IMG/VR virus record: IMGVR_UViG_3300025357_000029
Location: 1-35,403 of that record
DNA from: a virus
Taxonomy: Duplodnaviria > Caudoviricetes
Length of the DNA: 35,403 nt
Reading direction: 5' to 3' (one strand)
This document shows, in pieces, positions 9,218-17,974 of the stretch. The notes below the pieces were generated by a model. The model did not search any database, was not told the origin of the DNA, and was given only the letters and a program-made list of their open reading frames with translations. Position numbers and translations under genes: made by a program. Each line of letters starts with the position of its first letter. Position 1 is the stretch's first letter.

Positions 9218-9474
9218 CTTGAGCCACTTGGAACGGTAATTGTCACCCCTGAACTGATTGTTACCGGCCCTGCTGAGTGAGCAGAATACCCACTTGGGAT
9301 TGAATAAGTCGTGCCAATTGTCTGATTATTAACAAAAATACCGCCTGATGCACTCAAAATAGGCGCAGTACTACCACTAGGGTAAGTACCAGAAACCGTT
9401 AAATTACCAGTTATGTTTAAAGAACCAGTAGTCGGTACTAAAGTATCGGTAACTGCATTTTCGTTGATAGCCAT
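9202..9474 (-). CDS. Small tail-associated protein
   Basis: C-terminal GPVTI...VPSGSRWIIL domain paralogous to 3120..3443. Confidence 0.65.
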   Translation of the reverse strand: MAINENAVTDTLVPTTGSLNITGNLTVSGTYPSGSTAPILSASGGIFVNNQTIGTTYSIPSGYSAHSAGPVTISSGVTITVPSGSRWIIL

Positions 9475-9475
9475 G

Positions 9476-9751
9476 TTATACGTCCGTTGCGCCTTGGTAT
9501 TGACTCATTGTTTTTAACACTTCATAGATTGCAGGGAGCAGATCACCCTTTCCTGCTATATCAGCTAATCCAATGTAATGAGCGTGTTCTTGGACTGTGC
9601 TCATATTAGATTCTCTAGCATTTTTGTCGTAATGGACTGCTACTTGGACTTGGATATTATCCTTGTTACCAAAGAAATTAGTCACTCTGGCGTATGCCTG
9701 TGGAGCAGGACTGCCAAATTGTGTTTGTGTTAAGTTTAGTTGTAATGCCAT
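9476..9751 (-). CDS. Hypothetical protein, possible fibre chaperone
   Basis: 91 aa coupled to the fibre gene (TAATG overlap). Confidence 0.6.
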   Translation of the reverse strand: MALQLNLTQTQFGSPAPQAYARVTNFFGNKDNIQVQVAVHYDKNARESNMSTVQEHAHYIGLADIAGKGDLLPAIYEVLKTMSQYQGATDV

Positions 9752-12700
9752 TATCCGACCTCTACTGTTTCTAATTTACAAACCCAATGTATTGTAGTGC
9801 TTGCTACACCAGTAGCATTGATACTAATTGCTTTGTTTGTATTATCTGCGGTTGCAGAAACTGCCCAAGTTGATGCGCTTGATGTATATCCTATTGTAAT
9901 TACTGTTGGAGTTCCAACAAGAGCTACAGTTCCACTTGTATTTTGAATTGAACCTAATATTTGATAAGAAGCAGTATCATTTGTTGATGTGTTTCTACCA
10001 GTAATTAAAGCTCTAAAAGTGTACGCATAATTTGATGGAATAACTGCTTGATTTAATGTTCCTGCGGTTCCAGAATCAGCAGTCAAAACAACTAAAGTGG
10101 CAGATGTGCTTGTATTTCTAAGTGTGTAAATTCCTGTTTGAGCATCGCCTTGAGCAGAAAATTCACCAGATGCGTAGGCTTGTGCGCCTGTCACACCTCT
10201 AGTTATTGCTGATTTACCTCCTAAAATTGAAGACCAATCCCCAGATGCGGTGTTCCTATTACCGCTTGTACCTGCATCACCCCCACCACCTACAAAACTA
10301 TAAGAGCCTGTTGCTTGGTTGTTTCCTCCTCCTACTACTACTCCATGCGGAGTGTAGAAGGATAAAGTTGCAGTTCCTGAACCAGATGCCACCTGAGAAA
10401 GTGTGAGTGAAGTTCCAGATATTGCGGAAACATAAGTAAAGTTAGATATGTATGTGCCAGAAATAATTTGACCAACTTTAATGGAAGCATTTGAACCACT
10501 AAGCGTAACTGCGGTAGTTCCATTCATTGTTGCAGATTGCGTTGTTACGGCTGAAGTAGCCGTTCCACTATTTGTGTAACCACCACCAATAAAGTTAAAT
10601 ACGCCACTTGCTGTATTTGAAATGCCACCAACTAATACACTATAAGTATTTCCTCCATTGGTGCTTGAAATTGTGTTTGAACTTCCACCACCTAAAAAAG
10701 AATAATTCCCTGAATTTGAGTTATATCCACCGCCACCAACAACGGCTTGGGTTGCAGAAGAAGAATTGCTTGTTCCACCCATGATCACAGAATAAGAAGC
10801 AGAAGCTACATTACCTGCAGAACCCCTACTTGTCTGCCAATCCACCGCATTAGCACCTCTAGCATTACCTCCTGTAGCAGTAGATGTAGTCTGTTGGGCT
10901 TGTAGTGCTCCTGTTCCTGCGGGTTGTAGGATTAGGTTTCCAGACTGATCCATCTCAATACCCATATTGCCATTAAATGACAATGATGGATAACCATATA
11001 CAGCAGATGATGTAGTTACAGTATATGCCGTTGCAGAAGACCCAGTATTTAATTGAGCACCCCAAGCATAAAAAGTTCCATTTGCAGAACCTAAATACAA
11101 GTTAATAGTTGATGTTGTTGAACTTGTAGTTATAGTTGCGGAAACTCTTGTCCAACCACTAGCAGTAGTTGTTGCGGTTGTAGCATAACTTCCACTTGAG
11201 TTATCTCTAATAGCAACACTTACTGTTGTTGAAGTTCCAAATTTAATATAACAAGAGAATGTGTATGTTGTGCTAGAAATTATAGAAATAGCATTTTTAT
11301 ATACATTGTTGCCGTTAAAAGAAACGTCTGTCGCACTTGTAATTGTGCTTGCAGTTGTTGTTGAATCAGGTGCTACTGCCGTATTTTGTGTACTTGTTGC
11401 AGTACCAGAATTAACCCAACTTGTTCCTCCTATTAATTGTGAATAAGTTATTAAGTTTGATGGGCTACCTATTAAATTAGCAGTCTGTCCTGTAATAGTA
11501 GTAAACGTCCCTGCTGATGGTGTAGTACCACCTATTACTGTGTTGTCTATTGTTCCACCAGTAATTGCTACAGATGTAGCATTTTGAGTGGACATTGTCC
11601 CTAAACCAGTTATTGCAGTATTTGGAATTGTGGTTGATGCAGTCATTGCACCTGTGCCATTTCCATATACATAACCAGTAAGGGTAGTAGCTCCAGTTCC
11701 ACCGTTACCAACCGCCACAGTTCCAGTTACGTTAGTAGCGTTTCCGCTAATGTTTCCTGTTACTTGAGAACCAGGCAAACTAAGTGCGCTAAGTGTCGTT
11801 AGAGTTGAATTGGAAGTTGCCGTAATATTTGCAGCAGTTCCGGTTGTATTCTGATTGAACGTAGGCCAAGTAAACGTACCAGTTGAGAAATTACCAGACT
11901 GAGGAGTTCCAAGGATAGGAGTAACCAAAGTCGGTGAAGTCGCTAAAGCTACAACCGTTCCAGAACCAGTCGTTGAGTAAGATGTACCCCAAGCACTACC
12001 AGTCGAATTTGGTATTCCTGCGCCTGGATAAACCATCGTAGATGACGCATTAATTGTGATTGCAGTTGAACCGTTATAAGTTGACCCACTGCTAAAAGTT
12101 ACATTTGTTCCTGCCGTAAGGTTAGCTAAATTAGACCCAAGGGAAATCCCTGATATGGTCGAATTAGCCAACATCGTATTACTGACTACTCCTGTGCCTC
12201 CAGTATTTATCAAAATACCCGCTACGTTTGGCAATATTGAAATTGCAGATCCTGCAACTGGAGATGCTTGTAAAGTAGCCGTTCCGCTTACCGATCCTGC
12301 CCAAGTCAGTGCAGATAATCCACTAAGTGAAGTTGTCGTGCCTCCTAAACTAATAGAAGTCGATCCAATCGTAAGTGAACTGTTAGCCAAATCAGCGTTA
12401 ACCAATGATCTAAATGTGGGAGTTCCAGACGATCCGTTTGGTGCAGCGAAAACCGTATTAGCCGTTTCACTTGCTAAAGTAGCCGTCAAAGTGCCCGAAG
12501 TTGTAACTGGAGAACCGCTAACAGTAAATATTGACGGCAAAGACAAACCTACGCTAGAAACCGTACCCGATCCTGTAGCTGAGAGTGTTCCCCCCGAGAA
12601 AGTCACTCCACTACCAATCGTTACATTTGAGAAACCACCCGATCCATTACCATAAAGTAAAGATGTGCCGGAAGTTTGGGGCGCAGGAGTATAAGTCAAT

Positions 12701-13158
12701 GCCGTAGTTACATCGCTCGAAGTAAGCGTTACAACCCCAGTTCTAGAGTTAAAAGAAGTCACCCCAGGCACTGATTGAACGGAATACTTGATATTTCCCT
12801 GAGAAGTGACTATCTGCCAACCGCTTCCATGCGTATAAGTTAACTTGTCTTGTGCGCTGAGTTGGACGTAAATCAACTGATAAGGCGTGGAAGTATCAAC
12901 CACTTCAATTGTGACGTTGGCTGCAACCGTATCGGTATTTAGCACCGACAACATATCAATATCCCTGGTTGCCCCAGATGCAGGAGCAGAGCAGATTGTG
13001 ACCGCAGTTGTGCCGTTAGAGTTGGATAGTTGAGTCGAACCCTGATAAGTCGATAAAGTTTGATCTGAATAACAGACGATAACTTGCAGGGGATTGCTAG
13101 TCGTAGCTGCCCCTAAGAACATCTGAAGTGATCTATTTACTGTGTCAAGTCTTATCAT
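9751..13158 (-). CDS. Long tail fibre/adhesin, 1135 aa
   Basis: Ser/Thr/Gly-rich; VTSFNSRTGVVTL and GGTGATT fibre motifs; CBM-like beta-sandwich (TYTFSCYIK...WTRV...WGAQL); GGGxxN beta-roll-type repeats. Confidence 0.85.
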   Translation of the reverse strand: MIRLDTVNRSLQMFLGAATTSNPLQVIVCYSDQTLSTYQGSTQLSNSNGTTAVTICSAPASGATRDIDMLSVLNTDTVAANVTIEVVDTSTPYQLIYVQLSAQDKLTYTHGSGWQIVTSQGNIKYSVQSVPGVTSFNSRTGVVTLTSSDVTTALTYTPAPQTSGTSLLYGNGSGGFSNVTIGSGVTFSGGTLSATGSGTVSSVGLSLPSIFTVSGSPVTTSGTLTATLASETANTVFAAPNGSSGTPTFRSLVNADLANSSLTIGSTSISLGGTTTSLSGLSALTWAGSVSGTATLQASPVAGSAISILPNVAGILINTGGTGVVSNTMLANSTISGISLGSNLANLTAGTNVTFSSGSTYNGSTAITINASSTMVYPGAGIPNSTGSAWGTSYSTTGSGTVVALATSPTLVTPILGTPQSGNFSTGTFTWPTFNQNTTGTAANITATSNSTLTTLSALSLPGSQVTGNISGNATNVTGTVAVGNGGTGATTLTGYVYGNGTGAMTASTTIPNTAITGLGTMSTQNATSVAITGGTIDNTVIGGTTPSAGTFTTITGQTANLIGSPSNLITYSQLIGGTSWVNSGTATSTQNTAVAPDSTTTASTITSATDVSFNGNNVYKNAISIISSTTYTFSCYIKFGTSTTVSVAIRDNSSGSYATTATTTASGWTRVSATITTSSTTSTINLYLGSANGTFYAWGAQLNTGSSATAYTVTTSSAVYGYPSLSFNGNMGIEMDQSGNLILQPAGTGALQAQQTTSTATGGNARGANAVDWQTSRGSAGNVASASYSVIMGGTSNSSSATQAVVGGGGYNSNSGNYSFLGGGSSNTISSTNGGNTYSVLVGGISNTASGVFNFIGGGYTNSGTATSAVTTQSATMNGTTAVTLSGSNASIKVGQIISGTYISNFTYVSAISGTSLTLSQVASGSGTATLSFYTPHGVVVGGGNNQATGSYSFVGGGGDAGTSGNRNTASGDWSSILGGKSAITRGVTGAQAYASGEFSAQGDAQTGIYTLRNTSTSATLVVLTADSGTAGTLNQAVIPSNYAYTFRALITGRNTSTNDTASYQILGSIQNTSGTVALVGTPTVITIGYTSSASTWAVSATADNTNKAISINATGVASTTIHWVCKLETVEVG

Positions 13159-13547
13159 CCATGCCTCGCAGAGAAAGCGTAACCAGTTGGAGAAGTTCCC
13201 CCTCCTGTCGCAGTAAGAGTGCCATTGGTGAAGTTAAGGTTTGCACCTATCGTCACCGGCTCTAATGCGCCACCATTACCGTAAATAATTCCCGAAACCG
13301 TTGTATCCAAGGTTAAAGTCGCATTTTGTCCAGGAACTACAGTTCCCGAAAATCCGTTAACCGGCTCAACCGTTAAATTAAAAAGTCCTTCGCTTTGAAT
13401 TTGAGTCAAGTTCAAAGGAGGAGTATCTGGGCCTCCTGTCCTTTGATAAACCTGAACCAAAAACATCAACCATGTCTGATTTACCGATCCATCACCATTC
13501 AGGAACGGTACACCTAGATGTGGGAGATTGGAGGATAGATTGCTCAT
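13155..13547 (-). CDS. Tail protein (P22 gp26 position), possible fibre adaptor
   Basis: Follows the gp10-like gene; contains a fibre-like VTIGANLNFTNGTL segment similar to the adjacent fibre. Confidence 0.55.
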   Translation of the reverse strand: MSNLSSNLPHLGVPFLNGDGSVNQTWLMFLVQVYQRTGGPDTPPLNLTQIQSEGLFNLTVEPVNGFSGTVVPGQNATLTLDTTVSGIIYGNGGALEPVTIGANLNFTNGTLTATGGGTSPTGYAFSARHG

Positions 13548-14950
13548 TTGTGATTCTGTGCAACGTCAACAAAAGCACCGTTCAGAGCAGTCTTCACCGG
13601 ATCTGACCATTGCAATTGAAATACCCTATCTCTAGCCATTCCCAATCGCCACCAAGATATCGAAGTCAAATACTGTCCAGTCGTGCCCATCGTTTGACCA
13701 ACTGGGTTGCCGTAAGTCTTTCCCCGATCATCTGACCAAGATAGATAAACGGTTGCCGGAGCATTGCCCGATTCCATTTCAGCGATAAATTGCTTGTATC
13801 TTAGACGGTTTGAATCATCGTCTTCGGTGTGGTAGAAACTGCGAACTCTCACAATTGGCCCACCAAAATCAGAATAATTGTTTTGATCTAAAACGTATAA
13901 ATTGCCGTTTTGCCAGTCTCCAACTACAAGATTTCCGTTAGCAAAAGCAAAACAATTGCTCCGATGACGATTAAAATTACCATCATTGTCCGTCCATAAC
14001 CACTCATTCCATTGATTGTTAGATAAGTCAAACACCCAAGTCTTATTAGCTTGTGGAAATGTCAATACATAAAAGAAGTGGCCATTTACTTCGTATGTAT
14101 ACCCAATAGCATCTGACAATTTACCGTAAGTCTGAAACTCTTGATCCATCGCAAAGGTAGAGATCTGAACCGCACCAAAGTTTTGACTACGGCAGACATA
14201 AGCCTGACCTTGAGGACTTTGAGCCAACCAGTAAACCTCACCGTCCATCTGAGCTATTGAATTAGTCGCAGCGCATCCATATTGAATAAATGAACCTGGG
14301 AGAATCTGGAAAGGAAAAGCAGTATTCCCTGCGTTAAACCAGACTTCGGAGGTAAATTCACCCAGTAAGTAAATATAACGTCTTGATATACCTATGCCAA
14401 CCAAATTATCAGGTGAACCAGACTTAGAAGCGTAGTTAAGCGGGTCAAACTCTGCCGTGTTTACCAAGGAAATGTACCATTCCCGAGTGCCTGGATAGTT
14501 ACAAACAAAGTAACCATCAACATAATTGACTTGATTTGAACCGTAAAAGCCTGGCTGATTGATGGTCGTGAACGTATTGGTCGTGATGTTGTAGTCGTAT
14601 CCTGCGCTTGTTCCGTCAACAATCAACAAATCAACCTGATTGTCAACCATCGAAACAGTGCCAGTGGAACTTGCGAGAGTGCCAATAGGACTAAGAATCC
14701 AATCAGTGCTAATACTGTAAAAAGTGTTGCCACAAACACCATAAAGTTGATTATTACTTGCATAGTAAAGTCCTCTCCAAGATGTTTGACCCGAACTTGC
14801 TACTTTTGTCAGACCAGGCGTGGGATAGTGCGTAAAAGGAAACACCACCCCTTCAGGATTTTGCTCCATGTACAAATTAATGCACCGTTGCGCCCCTGCA
14901 ATAATACTTTTGGTCTGGTAAGCACCAGTAGTTAGTGCTGCCTTTCCCAT
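13544..14950 (-). CDS. Tail hub / DNA stabilization protein, P22 gp10-like
   Basis: 468 aa; TPGL...RG N-terminus, WSDDRGKTY and WWRLGMARDRVF C-terminal motifs. Confidence 0.9.
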   Translation of the reverse strand: MGKAALTTGAYQTKSIIAGAQRCINLYMEQNPEGVVFPFTHYPTPGLTKVASSGQTSWRGLYYASNNQLYGVCGNTFYSISTDWILSPIGTLASSTGTVSMVDNQVDLLIVDGTSAGYDYNITTNTFTTINQPGFYGSNQVNYVDGYFVCNYPGTREWYISLVNTAEFDPLNYASKSGSPDNLVGIGISRRYIYLLGEFTSEVWFNAGNTAFPFQILPGSFIQYGCAATNSIAQMDGEVYWLAQSPQGQAYVCRSQNFGAVQISTFAMDQEFQTYGKLSDAIGYTYEVNGHFFYVLTFPQANKTWVFDLSNNQWNEWLWTDNDGNFNRHRSNCFAFANGNLVVGDWQNGNLYVLDQNNYSDFGGPIVRVRSFYHTEDDDSNRLRYKQFIAEMESGNAPATVYLSWSDDRGKTYGNPVGQTMGTTGQYLTSISWWRLGMARDRVFQLQWSDPVKTALNGAFVDVAQNHK

Positions 14951-15693
14951 TATCCGGCACTACCAACGTAGAAATCTCCATAAATATTGTATGCACCAGA
15001 CTTTCCTCTGAGTGCTACAGGCATGTGGAGAAGTGGAATTTGTGAATTGACTTCCTCAATCGCTCTCATGGATGCCTCTGCATATCCTGTGAGTTCTGGA
15101 GTAATCGGTAAACCATAAATAACACAGATAATTCGAGCTAAGTTCCATTGCATCGCTGAAAGATACTCTGGAGGCATGGTTACAGTATCCGTAATCGTTT
15201 GAAAAGCCTCCAACTGTGTCATCACAGTTAGGAATATCTCATACTGATTATTAGGTACAGGCCAAACGTAAATAGTACCGAGTGGGTAACCTGTGTTGTA
15301 GTAAATATACTGAGGAAAAGCGTTTAATTTCTTAATAGATATGCGGTTGTAATCCTCATTAGCCCTTAAGACTTCCAAAGGATAGTCAACAGGCAAAGGA
15401 CTACCAGATTGCATCCTAAAGAACGCTGATTCTAGTTTGACTGGACGAGTAATGTTGAAATCACCACCAGTTCCGATTGTGTATGAGATTTGTCCTGTAG
15501 CAACTTTAGAAGTCGTTACCAGGTTATACACCATGTAGCGTCTGCGTTGCCATTGGGCAAGCATCATGTTTAACTGGTTGAAACAATCATTAATGTCGGT
15601 TGCGTTGGGAGTCTGACCAACACCAATGACGTTTGCTATTTTTAACGCTTGAGTGATTAGATCAGAGGGAGTTGTCGGCAGCGGTTGAGTCAT
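14950..15693 (-). CDS. Head-tail adaptor, P22 gp4-like
   Basis: DLITQALK...LNMMLAQW N-terminal helices, WPVP motif; position between coat and gp10. Confidence 0.8.
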   Translation of the reverse strand: MTQPLPTTPSDLITQALKIANVIGVGQTPNATDINDCFNQLNMMLAQWQRRRYMVYNLVTTSKVATGQISYTIGTGGDFNITRPVKLESAFFRMQSGSPLPVDYPLEVLRANEDYNRISIKKLNAFPQYIYYNTGYPLGTIYVWPVPNNQYEIFLTVMTQLEAFQTITDTVTMPPEYLSAMQWNLARIICVIYGLPITPELTGYAEASMRAIEEVNSQIPLLHMPVALRGKSGAYNIYGDFYVGSAG

Positions 15694-15871
15694 TTTTTGG
15701 TCTGCCCCTCTTAGTTTCTTTTTGCTCTGGAACGGTTAAAACTTGTGCTTCTTCTTCAGGATTCTGAACAAGATGTTGCTTCCCAAGTGAGTCTGTGACC
15801 CACTTAGGAAACTCTACGAAAGTGTACACAGGAGTAACCAACTTACCCCTGTAGTATTGCTCAATTGCCAT
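15662..15871 (-). CDS. Hypothetical protein after the capsid gene
   Basis: 69 aa, EFPKW and KRGRP motifs; TAATG-type coupling. Confidence 0.7.
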   Translation of the reverse strand: MAIEQYYRGKLVTPVYTFVEFPKWVTDSLGKQHLVQNPEEEAQVLTVPEQKETKRGRPKNDSTAADNSL

Positions 15872-17073
15872 TAGACAATGTCAGGAACAATACATGACCA
15901 CTCAGGACGAATCGCTGCGTAGCCGTACAAAATATCCATACGAGTAATCAAGGAGTCAGACATTACATCATAAGCCTCAATCATACGTAAGGAGATGCCA
16001 TCAAACTGAGCACGTGCAGCTTGCACAACACCGGCAGTAGGCATTTCCAAATCAGCAGTTGCCAATGTGAAAGCCTCTGGGAAGTATGCAATGTTTTGAC
16101 GATAGCTAGATGATGCAGGCATTACCAAACTGATCGCTGCTGAGTTAGCAGGAGATGCAGTTACTGTATTAAACGCTGCGGGAGCAGGAGTAATAGCAGG
16201 ATAGATTGGTATGCTTGTAGCACCAGAGTTAACGTTTGCAGTAACAACGAATTGACGTAGTTGACCTTGTGAGTTACCTGTCAAACGGTTGATTGCATAT
16301 ACACCGGCAATAGTGATAATGTCACCTTGGTTCAATGTACCTGTGATTGCGTTAACTGTCAGAGTTGTACCTGTTTGGCTTGCACCGTTAACAGTACCGG
16401 CAGAGAACGAACCTACTGTGTGAACCAGAGTAGTTTGATCATACATCCAGTCAAATCCGAGAGTATCTCTAGTGATAACACCAGTTTCATAGTTCTCAGC
16501 AATTTTGACTTGAGGATTGAACAAACCGGCTAAAGAGCCAACTGTACGAGCTTGAGTAACTGGATCAAGAATAATCTTACGATCCATTCTTGGTGACAAG
16601 TTTTGATCAAGAGCAGAACCGGCAGTCAACCATGTTGTCGCATTTGGACTAGAGAGGGTAGAACCGCTCAAGTTTGGTGTGATGTTGGCTGATTGTGATG
16701 CTACGTTCATCAAGTCTGCTGCAACGTAAGCTGCCAAACGGTTAACCGCAGGAGCAAGAATACGCTCAGAGAAGTCATCCAATTGCATTGTTTTCTCAGC
16801 AGTACCGAAAGAAACAGGCACGTTTGCTTGTGTTGCCACAGTCAAAGATGTGTTCTGCTCGTTAGTACCTTGAGGAGTAATTGCAGGGCCAGTTGTTACT
16901 GTGTAATCGTTAGGTAAACGAACACGCAGAGTTGAACCAATTTTTGCTCCTGTACGAGCAAACTGATCGTCATATTGACGGCTTACAGTGCGTAAAAACG
17001 CATTAGACTGAGTAAATAATCTCACAGCTTCATTTGTGATCATATTTATCGTCAGAAGTGAATTAGTAGTCAT
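15871..17073 (-). CDS. Major capsid protein, P22 coat (gp5) family
   Basis: 400 aa; GAKIG.TLR.RLP and RMDILYG...RPEW motifs; strong TAAGGAGGT SD. Confidence 0.95.
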   Translation of the reverse strand: MTTNSLLTINMITNEAVRLFTQSNAFLRTVSRQYDDQFARTGAKIGSTLRVRLPNDYTVTTGPAITPQGTNEQNTSLTVATQANVPVSFGTAEKTMQLDDFSERILAPAVNRLAAYVAADLMNVASQSANITPNLSGSTLSSPNATTWLTAGSALDQNLSPRMDRKIILDPVTQARTVGSLAGLFNPQVKIAENYETGVITRDTLGFDWMYDQTTLVHTVGSFSAGTVNGASQTGTTLTVNAITGTLNQGDIITIAGVYAINRLTGNSQGQLRQFVVTANVNSGATSIPIYPAITPAPAAFNTVTASPANSAAISLVMPASSSYRQNIAYFPEAFTLATADLEMPTAGVVQAARAQFDGISLRMIEAYDVMSDSLITRMDILYGYAAIRPEWSCIVPDIV

Positions 17074-17207
17074 GTTGAACTACCTCCTTATGAACAAAAA
17101 GAAATGAATTGTCTGTCTTGCGACAAACTCCTAATTTCCCCTGGCCTATGGAGACTATCTTTAACGGCCCAACACAACTATTTACGGCTAGTTTCTGCCT
17201 GTACCCG

Positions 17208-17236
17208 ATTCTAATGCGTTTTTTTTAACTTATCAA
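17208..17236 (-). promoter_or_regulatory. Putative sigma70 promoter for the capsid gene
   Basis: TTGATA (17236-17231), 17-nt spacer, TAGAAT (17213-17208). Confidence 0.55.
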
Positions 17237-17240
17237 CTAA

Positions 17241-17972
17241 TCAACGCTTTTTTCTAGCAGTTTGCCTTCTCCAAGCAATCCAAGCCTCGGTATCGTTGAT
17301 TGAGGGTTCTGCGCCCCCAGTAGTCCGTCCAGACGAACCGCCTGTAACTTCACCAACTGGAGCAGGGGCACTAGACTTTTGTTTGCTGAGTTCTTTAGCT
17401 GCTTTGCTAGATAATTTTGTCAACTCAATCCCTAATTGCATAGGACTTAGCCCTGCAATCCTGATAGCCTCGTTTACATTCTCAGACTTACCCAAATATG
17501 TAATGACTTTCTCAGGATTGGGAACTTCGGCTAAAGCATGGAGAAAGTCGTTTCCTCCAACCCCTGCCAACTGTAAATTTTGAACGGAACGGTCGTAATC
17601 CTGGCCAAACTCCTCTTTTGCGTTTCTCTCAATCTCATTCATTTTGTTAAGGAAAGTCTGCTCTTGAAGACGCTGATTAGCGATCTGAGTAGCCAATTCC
17701 TCGACATTTTGCTGAGGTTGCTGATAGGTTGGTTGAGGTTCTTGAACTTGGGTTTGAATCTGAGCCTTGAGGGCAGCGAGTTGTTCGGCTGCCGAGTTCT
17801 TGGCTGCTGCAAGTTCACCCATCCGTTTTCTAGCCCACTCGGGTAGATCGTGATAGGAGTTGTCTTTGGCTTCAGGAGCTTTCGCCTCTGGAGTTTGCTG
17901 ATTGGCATTGGTTGCGTCAGCTTGTTGAATAGTTCCTTCGTTTACTGGTTGGTCAACGGTTGTTGTTTCCAT
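17241..17972 (-). CDS. Scaffolding protein
   Basis: Acidic coiled coil between portal and coat; SSAPAPV and basic C-terminus WIAWRRQ. Confidence 0.85.
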   Translation of the reverse strand: METTTVDQPVNEGTIQQADATNANQQTPEAKAPEAKDNSYHDLPEWARKRMGELAAAKNSAAEQLAALKAQIQTQVQEPQPTYQQPQQNVEELATQIANQRLQEQTFLNKMNEIERNAKEEFGQDYDRSVQNLQLAGVGGNDFLHALAEVPNPEKVITYLGKSENVNEAIRIAGLSPMQLGIELTKLSSKAAKELSKQKSSAPAPVGEVTGGSSGRTTGGAEPSINDTEAWIAWRRQTARKKR

Positions 17973-17974
17973 TT

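Noticed and set aside
12155-12655. 166-aa plus-strand ORF, and similar ones at 527..868, 17296..17583, 17850..18209, 21480..21848 and 27797..28072
   Set aside because: Antisense shadows of well-supported minus-strand genes.
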